The position numbers and the translations under genes were made by a program. DNA of 39,689 nucleotides, taken from a virus. Lineage: Duplodnaviria > Caudoviricetes. A model generated the notes under the pieces. That model had not been told where the DNA came from and did no database searches. It saw only the letters and a list, made by a program, of their open reading frames with translations. Position 1 is the stretch's first letter. Each line of letters starts with the position of its first letter. Positions 18,569-27,436 of the stretch are shown here, one piece after another. Location: IMG/VR virus record IMGVR_UViG_3300027192_000171, positions 1 through 39,689 of that record; one strand, written 5' to 3'.

Positions 18569-19639
18569 ATGCAAATAACAAAAGACATATTAGAAAGTTA
18601 CGTTAAGGAAGATTGGTTGATCTCACAGAGGCATCCAACCCTTCCATTAACTATATACAACTACTCGCAAACTACACAGTACGAGCAACACTGGGACGAG
18701 GTAACTCTTCAGTGTCGCGGTCTTGTATTTGACGACGAGGGCAATAGAGTTTCACACCCGTTTAGAAAGTTCTTTAACATTGAAGAGAACCGACATGAAC
18801 CAACTGAAGACTTTGAGATCTACGAAAAAGTAGATGGCTCATTAATCACAGTCTTTAACTACAACGGCGAATGGATTGTTTCTTCTCGTGGTTCTTTTAC
18901 TTCTGAGCAAGCAATTGCAGCGGCTAAGTTATTTAATCAGTTGAATTATGTGAGTAAGATCCATTCAGGAATCAATCCGAATATGACATACTTATTTGAG
19001 TTGATTGCACCTTGGAACAGAATTGTTTGCGACTATGGTGAACGTGAAGAGTTAATCTTGTTAGGTGCTCGTAGTGAAAACTTTGAGGCATCTCATGATG
19101 AGCTTTCTGAATTGGCTAAAATGTTAGGTTGTAATGTAACTCGTAAGTTTAACTTTGAAGACTACAAGGAGATTCAAAAGTTGAATTGGGAAAACCAAGA
19201 AGGTTTCATCGTTCGATTCTCTAATGGAGACCGTTGTAAAATCAAATTCGCTGACTATGTTAAATTGCACCGAGTCTTGACCAATTGTTCATCCTATGAC
19301 ATCTGGGAAAACTTGATGACTTTTAATAAGTTACCTGAAGAGTTTTTAAATGATGTGCCTGATGAATTCTATCAGTGGGTTAAAGGGGTTGAATCTGCAT
19401 TGCGAAAGGCATATGAATTTCAATTGCATTTACATATGGCTACTGTATCGACAATCCTGCGATATGGTGGATTAGATCGAAAGACAATTGCTGAACGAGT
19501 AATGGCCACAACTGGCGTTAATCGCGGCGTTCTGTTTGGATTAATTGACGGTAAAGATGTTACTGAAAAGCTCTGGAAGCTGGTAAAGCCAGCTTACCAG
19601 AAGCCCTTCAGCGAAACAAAATTGGTTGAAGCAGTATAA
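18569..19639 (+). CDS. RNA ligase (T4 Rnl1-like)
   Basis: CRGLV, PF.KFFN, EKVDGS (motif I), SRGSF, FE, EGF, KIK. Confidence 0.92.
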   Translation: MQITKDILESYVKEDWLISQRHPTLPLTIYNYSQTTQYEQHWDEVTLQCRGLVFDDEGNRVSHPFRKFFNIEENRHEPTEDFEIYEKVDGSLITVFNYNGEWIVSSRGSFTSEQAIAAAKLFNQLNYVSKIHSGINPNMTYLFELIAPWNRIVCDYGEREELILLGARSENFEASHDELSELAKMLGCNVTRKFNFEDYKEIQKLNWENQEGFIVRFSNGDRCKIKFADYVKLHRVLTNCSSYDIWENLMTFNKLPEEFLNDVPDEFYQWVKGVESALRKAYEFQLHLHMATVSTILRYGGLDRKTIAERVMATTGVNRGVLFGLIDGKDVTEKLWKLVKPAYQKPFSETKLVEAV

Positions 19640-19640
19640 C
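19614..19640 (+). promoter_or_regulatory. Putative middle-class promoter AAAC-N17-TATAAC
   Basis: Conserved spacing. Confidence 0.55.
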
Positions 19641-19672
19641 TTATAAGACACACAAAATATAAAAGTAGAATT

Positions 19673-19801
19673 ATGAAACCTAAATTCAAATTAGTTTGTG
19701 CAGCGGGCACATATGAAGCAGATTCACTATTGTCCATTATTGTTGAAGTCTTAAAACACAGATTTTGGCATTTAAGAACTCACGGCAAATGGATGGATTA
19801 A
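19673..19801 (+). CDS. Small hypothetical protein, 42 aa (MKPKFKLVCAAG...KWMD); not in the ORF track
   Basis: Follows a promoter motif and an A-rich leader. Confidence 0.6.
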   Translation: MKPKFKLVCAAGTYEADSLLSIIVEVLKHRFWHLRTHGKWMD

Positions 19802-19880
19802 TCTTTAACACCAAAAATTAGTCTAAATTCAGATTAATCTGTTCGATATTTTCTATTAGATTGATATTCTCTCATTACAT

Positions 19881-19918
19881 AGGAAATTTTATACCCACAC
19901 TAAAGGAAATTTTATACC
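19881..19918. repeat. 15-bp direct repeat AGGAAATTTTATACC x2
   Basis: Copies at 19881-19895 and 19904-19918; the second abuts the GH16 ATG. Confidence 0.85.
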
Positions 19919-20806
19919 ATGGTACTTAAACACTACACCCAAAGAACCCTAGGTTCCAATATCAAGAATCTCTGGCTCCAGCTCCGGGCCCTCTTACGCT
20001 CAAAGGCTCTCAGTCCCATGGGTCCTGCAACCCCTCCGACTGATTACAAGCTTGTATTTCAAGATGAATTTCGCCAACTTAACTGGCAGGCTTGGAGAAC
20101 AGGACACCCCTGGGGAAGAAACGTACACCCAGACTGGCAGTGGAAATGGTGGCCACATCAGTCTGAATTAACGAGCCATCCAGTGGTCTATCCAACACCC
20201 GATGGCCTAGCACTCGAACTCCGAAAGTTCAGCCGCGACTTTTCAGCAGCTCAGCTCCCACCCTGGCAGAAAAAAAATGCAGCAGAGCAATGGACTGCAC
20301 CCTATTGTATGGGTTGTATTAGTAGTAAACAAACCTATAAATTTGGCTGGTTTGAGGCTGAAATAAAAATTCCAGCAGGCCGTGGACAGTGGGCTGCTTT
20401 TTGGCTTAGTGGCTCAGAAAACTGGCCGCCTGAAATCGACATCTTTGAAACCTATTATGCTGACGAACAATTATGGGTAAAACCTAATGTACACTTTGGA
20501 AACGCTGGAACCTGGAAAGATGGCAAGCGCGACATGGGCCAACCCTTAATTCCACTTGCAAATCCAGCCGATCGATGGATTAAATACGCATGTCATTGGA
20601 CTGAAGATTGGATTCGATTCTATTATGATGGCTATCTAGTATATGAAATGACAATTCCGATGGCTCTGAAACAAAACGCCCAAGAGCAGTATATTATATT
20701 AAACAACGGATGTGAGAACCCAGCCGAGCTTGGATTTGATCCAGCAGAAAGCGGTATGTTAGTTCGAAATCTGAAAGTTTATCAACACAAAAATTGGATC
20801 GATTAA
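19919..20806 (+). CDS. Glycoside hydrolase family 16
   Basis: LVFQDEF, FGWFEAEIKIP.G.G.W.AFWL, catalytic WPPEIDIFE, W....IRFYYDG. Confidence 0.9.
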   Translation: MVLKHYTQRTLGSNIKNLWLQLRALLRSKALSPMGPATPPTDYKLVFQDEFRQLNWQAWRTGHPWGRNVHPDWQWKWWPHQSELTSHPVVYPTPDGLALELRKFSRDFSAAQLPPWQKKNAAEQWTAPYCMGCISSKQTYKFGWFEAEIKIPAGRGQWAAFWLSGSENWPPEIDIFETYYADEQLWVKPNVHFGNAGTWKDGKRDMGQPLIPLANPADRWIKYACHWTEDWIRFYYDGYLVYEMTIPMALKQNAQEQYIILNNGCENPAELGFDPAESGMLVRNLKVYQHKNWID

Positions 20807-20807
20807 A

Positions 20808-21269
20808 ATGAAATACTTCTTAACACTGCTAACTTTTTTGGCCATTAACTTTGCAGGTCTTTGGCTCGGTGGTCTTGCAACAGGACCTGGTGTAACCGGC
20901 GAATGGTACACTTCTTTAAATCAAGCTCCTTGGACTCCTCCAGGTTGGGTCTTTGGTTTGGCTTGGACAATTATTGGTGTAACGTTCTCAGTCTTTATGG
21001 CCAATGAATGGAGAGATGAAGAGAATCCTCTTCCTTATGCCCTTTTTCCTGAAGCTCTGCTACTAAACATCTTCTGGAATTATGTGTTCTTTGGACAACA
21101 TGTGCTCGGTGCAGCAATCATGATTTCAATACTATCGATCATTATTTTTGTAATGGCACACTTTACACGAATCATCAACGGTTGGGGTCGAATGATCTGG
21201 ATCATGCCGTATCTTATTTGGTTGATGATCGCATCTTCTCTTAACTGGTATATTGTAATCATGAATTAA
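20808..21269 (+). CDS. tspO: TspO/MBR tryptophan-rich sensory protein
   Basis: WY..L..APWTPPGWVFG.AW, LN..W..VFFG, PYL.WL..A..LN. Confidence 0.92.
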   Translation: MKYFLTLLTFLAINFAGLWLGGLATGPGVTGEWYTSLNQAPWTPPGWVFGLAWTIIGVTFSVFMANEWRDEENPLPYALFPEALLLNIFWNYVFFGQHVLGAAIMISILSIIIFVMAHFTRIINGWGRMIWIMPYLIWLMIASSLNWYIVIMN

Positions 21270-21270
21270 A

Positions 21271-22200
21271 ATGAAAAAGATCTTACTATCCCTATTAATG
21301 GTCGCTTCAACGTCGACCTTTGCATCACATATTCTAGGTGGAATGTTAGCGATGTCACATGATCCAAGTTCACAACCAAATAATCAAGCGGTTGCTCTAT
21401 ATTTAATTACAGATCCACAAGGGATTGTACCTAATAGCCAAACAGTTACAGTTTACATTGAGAACAATAACTTCTATCAGTTCTCAGAAAATATAACGGT
21501 TACATGGACAACAACCGATACAATGTTGGATGGTAATCTATTAACAACTTACACGAGTGGATATAAACAGTTCTATATGTCAAAATATCGCTTTGTGTAT
21601 TCACATTGTTGCCGAGGTACAACCGTTAATGCATCAAATTCTTTTACCAGTGATTTCTTGATTGCTCTTGACGTTGATCGTTTGAATGCAGTGAATAATA
21701 ACACTCCGATGCCAAACTATCTACCAACATGTACGATGCCACAGAACTTTACCAGTGTGATTGACTTAAAAGCTCTAATCGACGATAGTTCATTTGAGAA
21801 TGATTCTATTCAATATGAAATGTGGGATGCTTTGGGTCAACATGCAAATAACACATTTGTGCCCTTAGCGCCATTCAACCAATTAACAAGCTATGGTATT
21901 TACACAATGGGCGGTGGTATGATTAATTGGACGCCATCAACAGTTGGCAACTTCGTTACAGGTTATAAACTAACAGAATGGAGAAGCGGTGGTATTAAAG
22001 CATCACAGTGCTACGTTCAAATGACGTACACCATCACACCGTCTTCGATTGGTATTACTGAGTTTGAAAGAGAAAAGAAGGTTCTAGGCGTTTATGATAT
22101 GCTTGGGCGTTATATTCAAAAGGATATGGAATATCTTCCAAGCGGTCAATTATATTTAGTTGAATATAACACTGGATTTGAAAAAGTATTTATTATATGA
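21271..22200 (+). CDS. Secreted Bacteroidota-type protein with degenerate T9SS-like C-terminus
   Basis: Signal peptide ending TFA-SHILGG; YSHCCR and NNTP motifs; C-terminal VYDMLGR...G.LYLV. Confidence 0.6.
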   Translation: MKKILLSLLMVASTSTFASHILGGMLAMSHDPSSQPNNQAVALYLITDPQGIVPNSQTVTVYIENNNFYQFSENITVTWTTTDTMLDGNLLTTYTSGYKQFYMSKYRFVYSHCCRGTTVNASNSFTSDFLIALDVDRLNAVNNNTPMPNYLPTCTMPQNFTSVIDLKALIDDSSFENDSIQYEMWDALGQHANNTFVPLAPFNQLTSYGIYTMGGGMINWTPSTVGNFVTGYKLTEWRSGGIKASQCYVQMTYTITPSSIGITEFEREKKVLGVYDMLGRYIQKDMEYLPSGQLYLVEYNTGFEKVFII

Positions 22201-22829
22201 TAAACAATAATAGCAAATTTTACGTTAAAACAACGTTCAAAGAACGAATGGCTAATTTTATGGATAGTTTAAAATATTCTATCCTGTTCTGGAAAGGTCG
22301 CAAGAAGGGTATGGTTCATACTCGTGATCTTGAATGGTCAGATCTGCGCTACATTTTCTTTCCAAGTGAATTGGACATGTATGGTTATTTAGGCATCACA
22401 TTCTATAGAGAAAGCGAAATGACTAAAGTGCTTCGTCCACTTGTGCTTGCAATGGATTATGAAGCCAAACCTTTCTGGTGTCCACGTTGGTTCCTCAGAT
22501 TCCTACACGTTTTTGGAAATGATAAGTCACTTGTAAGAGTTCGCAATCGTAGGTTAAGCAACTTACTTACTAAACTTACTAAAGGTATTGGGTTTTGGGA
22601 TTGGAAAACCAAATGGACACACTATGATCTGCGTATTTCAATTGCAGCGCCTAAACACTTGCAAGATCTTGCAGGTTGGATTGAACATGGATATTATTAT
22701 AAAGGCCGCCAAAAAGAATTAGTTGAACAGATTTTAGAGCTAGATCCAAATGCCTCTATTATTTGGGGCAGCGTTGAACGTTTTGAAGAACAATTAGAAG
22801 AATTACAAAATAGAGATGAGCAAAATTAA
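22197..22829 (+). CDS. Hypothetical protein
   Basis: 210 aa, ATGA overlap. Confidence 0.75.
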   Translation: MINNNSKFYVKTTFKERMANFMDSLKYSILFWKGRKKGMVHTRDLEWSDLRYIFFPSELDMYGYLGITFYRESEMTKVLRPLVLAMDYEAKPFWCPRWFLRFLHVFGNDKSLVRVRNRRLSNLLTKLTKGIGFWDWKTKWTHYDLRISIAAPKHLQDLAGWIEHGYYYKGRQKELVEQILELDPNASIIWGSVERFEEQLEELQNRDEQN

Positions 22830-23163
22830 ACAAGATAAAATCCCAATGACATTAGAAGATAATGTCTTGAAGGTTGCTTTGGAACAAGGTGTTATTGAGA
22901 ATGAATTCAATTGGAAATTGGTTCGTGAACGAGACGGACTAATCAATCAATCTAAAGAAGTGATGTGGGTTGAATGGAATGAAGATAGTCGTTTTAAAGC
23001 AAGACATGATGAACCCGCTATTGGCCATTCTTTGATTATGTCTCCATTCAATCAATTCTTTACCTGGCAAACAACTTCTGTTACCGAAATCGTGGAAGAG
23101 CAAGAGGGCTACATTAAATTTAAAACAAATAATTCAGTATACGAACTATGGAAGCTATCTTAA
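22816..23163 (+). CDS. Hypothetical protein
   Basis: Packed ORF. Confidence 0.75.
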   Translation: MSKIKQDKIPMTLEDNVLKVALEQGVIENEFNWKLVRERDGLINQSKEVMWVEWNEDSRFKARHDEPAIGHSLIMSPFNQFFTWQTTSVTEIVEEQEGYIKFKTNNSVYELWKLS

Positions 23164-23384
23164 AATTTAACCTGCCTGAAGATAATCAAGAGTTTAAACT
23201 TGCAACCAAAGCTCAAGATTGGTGGAATGTTTGTTGGGATATGGATCAATGGCTAAGAGCTCAGTATAAGTATATGCCTGATGAAGGATTTAGCAAAGAT
23301 AAGTACGATGCTTATGTTCAAGCTAGAGAAAAGTTATTTGAGTTGATGAGTGAGCATGGTGTAAGTTTAGATGATGTATCATGA
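23148..23384 (+). CDS. Hypothetical protein
   Basis: Packed ORF (MEAILKFNLPED...). Confidence 0.75.
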   Translation: MEAILKFNLPEDNQEFKLATKAQDWWNVCWDMDQWLRAQYKYMPDEGFSKDKYDAYVQAREKLFELMSEHGVSLDDVS

Positions 23385-23545
23385 GCATAGAAAAATTCAC
23401 AGTTGGCTCGCAGATTTATATTCTACCAACTTTTAAGGTAACTTACGATAAGTACTTGCACGGTGCATACGACATTCAATTGATTTGGTTAAAGTGGGGT
23501 ATCACACTAGAATGGGGTTCAATTTATAACAATCGCACAAAATAA
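23381..23545 (+). CDS. Small hypothetical protein, 54 aa; not in the ORF track
   Basis: ATGA overlap upstream and TAATG overlap downstream. Confidence 0.65.
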   Translation: MSIEKFTVGSQIYILPTFKVTYDKYLHGAYDIQLIWLKWGITLEWGSIYNNRTK

Positions 23546-23676
23546 TGGAAGATTTATCATTAATGATACTAGTTGGCGTTATGTCAGTTATTTGCGGAGT
23601 CTTAGTCATCGAAGTATATCGATGGGGTTACGAAAAAGAGAAGCGAGGAGAACGTTACGGCAAGAAAAAGAAATAA
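23545..23676 (+). CDS. Small single-TM protein, 43 aa; not in the ORF track
   Basis: MEDLSLMILVGVMSVICGVLVIEV followed by a basic tail; translationally coupled. Confidence 0.65.
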   Translation: MEDLSLMILVGVMSVICGVLVIEVYRWGYEKEKRGERYGKKKK

Positions 23677-23677
23677 A

Positions 23678-24595
23678 ATGTTTGATAAGATATACATCAT
23701 AAACATTTCAGAAGACACTATTAGAAGAAATAGTATTTCAGCAGAACTTGAAAGCATAGGTTGGAATTCATTTGAGTTTATTGATGCAGTTAAAGGTTCT
23801 GATTTAACAGATACTAAAACGTTGATAGAAAATGGTGTTTTATCTAATCAATTTATTGATCCATTTGGACTTTTAACTAAAAATATTATTGCATGTGCTC
23901 TTTCTCATAAAAAAGCATATAAAAAGTTTTTAGAAGACGGTTATTCTACTTGTTTAATTTTAGAAGACGATGTTAGACTTTCTACGAACGGTTTAAAGTT
24001 TTTATTTAATGGTAATATAGATCACATTCAAAGAGAACTTAATCATTTAGATTGGGATGTTTTTATTTGGGGTCTAGTCGGTCCCAATGTTCCACATTAT
24101 GATAATATTCCCTATCGTAATGGATTCGTTAGAGAATATAAAAAATACAATCCAGATTGGGCAGCTCATGCCTATCAGATTACTCGCAAAGGTGCACATC
24201 AACTCATTGATAATAATACACCGATTAAATTTGCTGCTGATGTTAATTTAGAAACATCTGATAATAAAATATATTGTACACCATGGACTTTAATTGAACA
24301 AAACACTGGTCAATTATCAAGATTCTATGCTGATAAACTCGAACAATCTTTTAAGGATTTGGTATATGATTCTGAATTCTCATCAAAAACTAGTTCAACA
24401 ATAGGAGATAAATCTTCATTATGTGGAAATAGCCAATACGATATATACTTTAGTCCAGATCGAAACATTAGATATGAATCTAGAAATTATAGTTGTAAAA
24501 TCTCAAAAGAGATAGAAGTTAGTAAAATAGAATTCAAGCAATTTATCGATAAAGAAGGTATCGTTAGTAATAATTGGTGTCATATTACATTTTAA
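23678..24595 (+). CDS. Glycosyltransferase family 25
   Basis: IYIINI....RR, FIDAV.G, ACALSH, LILEDD, AHAY.IT.KGA. Confidence 0.9.
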   Translation: MFDKIYIINISEDTIRRNSISAELESIGWNSFEFIDAVKGSDLTDTKTLIENGVLSNQFIDPFGLLTKNIIACALSHKKAYKKFLEDGYSTCLILEDDVRLSTNGLKFLFNGNIDHIQRELNHLDWDVFIWGLVGPNVPHYDNIPYRNGFVREYKKYNPDWAAHAYQITRKGAHQLIDNNTPIKFAADVNLETSDNKIYCTPWTLIEQNTGQLSRFYADKLEQSFKDLVYDSEFSSKTSSTIGDKSSLCGNSQYDIYFSPDRNIRYESRNYSCKISKEIEVSKIEFKQFIDKEGIVSNNWCHITF

Positions 24596-24620
24596 ACTTT
24601 TTATTATTACATAGTATAAT
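24594..24620 (+). promoter_or_regulatory. Putative middle-class promoter AAAC-N17-TATAAT
   Basis: Conserved spacing; upstream of glnS. Confidence 0.6.
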
Positions 24621-24639
24621 AGATTAATTTATCAATTAT

Positions 24640-26160
24640 ATGAACTTTATTGAAGAGATAATCGAAGAGGGCCTAAAAGAAGGACTAAAGTTCAGATTTC
24701 CACCTGAACCAAACGGTTATTTACATCTTGGTCATGCTAAAGCCATTTGTTTAAACTTTGGATTAGCAGAAAAATATAACGTTGAATGTAATCTTCGTTT
24801 TGACGATACAAATCCACTTGCAGAAGATTCTCTTTATGTTGATGCAATTAAAGAAGATATTGAGTGGTTAGGTTTTAAGCCTAGTAATGTATTTTACGCT
24901 AGCGATTATTTTGAATTTATCAAAAATTGCGCAATGGAATTAATAAGTTCTGGCCATGCATACATGGATGATTCAACTAGTGAAGAAATTGCAGCAATGA
25001 AAGGTGACTTAGAGAACCCTGGCGTGAACTCTCCATATCGTAATAGATCTAATGTTGAAAATAGAAAACTATTCTTAGATCTACTAGAAGGCAACTCAAA
25101 CGGTGTTTTACGAGCTAAGATCGACATGGCCGATCCAAATCTATTATTAAGAGATCCAGTTATTTATCGTAAAGTAGATGCAAAACATCATAATACTGGT
25201 GATAAGTATAAGGCATATCCAATGTATGATTTTGCACACCCTTTATCAGATTGGTTTGAGCAAATTAGTCATTCATTGTGTACTCTTGAATTTGTACCTC
25301 ATCGTCCTTTTTATAATTGGCTTTTAGAAAAACTAGATCTTGGACTTCAAACTCCACGTCAAATCGAATTCTCTCGTCTTAATGTTGAAGATGTTCGTTT
25401 AAGTAAGAGATACTTAAAGGAATTAGTTGACGATGGAACAGTCGATGGATGGGATGATCCACGAATGCCAACCCTAAAGGGATTAAAGCGTCGAGGATTT
25501 ACTGCAAGTTCAATTAGAACATTTTGTGATAAAATTGGAATCACTAAACGTGATAGCGTACATGAGAAATCTCTTTTAGATGAATGTTTACGAGATGAAT
25601 TAAATAAAACATCGCTTCGCCGAATGGTGGTTAAAGATCCTATTAAATTAACTATCGTTACTCCATTTAAAGAAGGTTTCGCTGCGTTAGAGAATAATCC
25701 AGAAGATGAAACAATTAGTACCAGAAAAGTAGAATATTCAGAACAATTTTGGATTGAGCGAGAAGATTTTCAAGTGACTGCAAATAATAAATATAATCGT
25801 TTAAAACTGGGTGGAAACGTCAGGTTGAAGGGTGTTTGTATTGTTAAGGCAGTTGATTATTATGAAATTGATGGAGAGATCGTCGAAGTATTTTGTGAAC
25901 ATTATCCAGATAGTTTTTCTGGCATGGAAACCGAAGTAAAAGCTAAAGGCGTAATTCATTGGGTAAATCGTCAAACTTCAATCCCAGTTCAATTAAATCA
26001 TTTTAATGGTTTAGAAAAAACAACACAAAATTCATTCGGTGAACCATTATTGCAAAATGAATATGATCAACCTGTTCAATTCATTAGACATGGATATTAC
26101 AAAAAGGATGGAGATCAATGGAATCATACTGTTTCTTTAAAAAGTAGTTATAGAGGATAA
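24640..26160 (+). CDS. glnS: Glutaminyl-tRNA synthetase
   Basis: RFPPEPNGYLHLGHAK, LRFDDTNP, YPMYDFAH, SLCTLEF, LSKR, GWDDPRMPT, KGVIHWV. Confidence 0.95.
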   Translation: MNFIEEIIEEGLKEGLKFRFPPEPNGYLHLGHAKAICLNFGLAEKYNVECNLRFDDTNPLAEDSLYVDAIKEDIEWLGFKPSNVFYASDYFEFIKNCAMELISSGHAYMDDSTSEEIAAMKGDLENPGVNSPYRNRSNVENRKLFLDLLEGNSNGVLRAKIDMADPNLLLRDPVIYRKVDAKHHNTGDKYKAYPMYDFAHPLSDWFEQISHSLCTLEFVPHRPFYNWLLEKLDLGLQTPRQIEFSRLNVEDVRLSKRYLKELVDDGTVDGWDDPRMPTLKGLKRRGFTASSIRTFCDKIGITKRDSVHEKSLLDECLRDELNKTSLRRMVVKDPIKLTIVTPFKEGFAALENNPEDETISTRKVEYSEQFWIEREDFQVTANNKYNRLKLGGNVRLKGVCIVKAVDYYEIDGEIVEVFCEHYPDSFSGMETEVKAKGVIHWVNRQTSIPVQLNHFNGLEKTTQNSFGEPLLQNEYDQPVQFIRHGYYKKDGDQWNHTVSLKSSYRG

Positions 26161-26753
26161 TGAAAAGAATACTTACATTCATATTCGCCTTAATTGTTGT
26201 ATCTTGTCAAGCACAATTAAGAAATATTTTATGGAATACACCATACTATGAAGTTAATTATTCTCAGGTGTATGAGCAGCCTCTTGCGATTATCTATAGA
26301 GTTTGCGGCGTTGATGGCACTGCAAGCCGAAAGGGTATGTATTTCCATACAGAAGCCGGTGTTAAAACATCAGACGACGAGGACTATGTAAATAATGAAT
26401 GGGATAAAGGACATATGGCTCCGGCAGCGTCTTTGAATTGCGAAGAGGATATGCTATGGGAAACATTTAGTTATATGAATTGTGCATTGCAGCATGAAAA
26501 ATTGAATCGAGGAGTTTGGAAGACGTTAGAAGAGCGTGAACGTGAACTGTCAAGACAATCTGGACTGATGGCCGAAGTTTTTATTGAAGTTGATTTTACT
26601 GAAAATCCGGACCGAGTACCGGGTGGCGCTGCAATTCCATACGGATTTTATAAAGAAATCTTTATCGGAGATCTTAGAGAATGTTATTGGTTTAAAAATG
26701 AAGCTCCTCAATCAAAAAATTTAAACAAATATGAATGTGAGTGTAGAAACTAA
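26160..26753 (+). CDS. DNA/RNA non-specific endonuclease with export signal
   Basis: DKGHMAP, TF.Y.N...Q...LNRG.WK.LE, IP..FYK; hydrophobic N-terminus. Confidence 0.9.
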   Translation: MKRILTFIFALIVVSCQAQLRNILWNTPYYEVNYSQVYEQPLAIIYRVCGVDGTASRKGMYFHTEAGVKTSDDEDYVNNEWDKGHMAPAASLNCEEDMLWETFSYMNCALQHEKLNRGVWKTLEERERELSRQSGLMAEVFIEVDFTENPDRVPGGAAIPYGFYKEIFIGDLRECYWFKNEAPQSKNLNKYECECRN

Positions 26754-26754
26754 T

Positions 26755-27162
26755 ATGATGCATAAATTTAATAGATTTGTTCAACGATTGGCGATTAAAG
26801 CGCATAAAGCATTTAATCCTAGTCATCAAGTATCAGAATACGAGCTTGAAGGAGTTAAGATTTGTCGTAAGCTAATTACAAAAACAGAAACGGTTCTTCT
26901 TATGTCTCCTATATCAGGTAAGAGATATATTAGAAGTGAAGATAGTCAAATCTTTATTGTTTTAGAGGATCAAGCAATTACAATTGTCAATCACCAATAT
27001 AGTTATAATATCAGAGTTGGTGAAAAGACATATAGTAAAGTTAAATGGTTATTTGATACAGAAGTAGAAAATCGTAGAGAGTTGATGGAATCAGAGATTA
27101 AATCAAACGTAAAGCATTCATTACACACAATTTTTAAAAATTTATCAGATGAAACTATTTAG
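26755..27162 (+). CDS. Hypothetical protein
   Basis: Likely start ATG 26755, just after the upstream stop. Confidence 0.7.
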   Translation: MMHKFNRFVQRLAIKAHKAFNPSHQVSEYELEGVKICRKLITKTETVLLMSPISGKRYIRSEDSQIFIVLEDQAITIVNHQYSYNIRVGEKTYSKVKWLFDTEVENRRELMESEIKSNVKHSLHTIFKNLSDETI

Positions 27163-27436
27163 TACTCTTAAATGGTATGGATATTTAATTATTGGAGTTC
27201 CTGCTCTTTTTATTTTAACAATTATTGGTGCAATCATTCTAAAATCAGAAACTCCAATTCTTAGACAAGAAAATAAAAGACAAGTCGTAATGGATACTAT
27301 TAAAATTGAAATTAAAGAAACCGTGTATGACACAATTCACATTAAAGTATACGACACGGTACCCATAAAACCTAAAGAAGTTACTAAAAAAGTAATTATA
27401 GATAGTACAGAAGTAACGCAAGTAATACAAGAATAA
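27149..27436 (+). CDS. Single-TM protein with DTI/DTV repeats
   Basis: N-terminal TM; VMDTI, VYDTI, VYDTV. Confidence 0.65.
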   Translation: MKLFSTLKWYGYLIIGVPALFILTIIGAIILKSETPILRQENKRQVVMDTIKIEIKETVYDTIHIKVYDTVPIKPKEVTKKVIIDSTEVTQVIQE

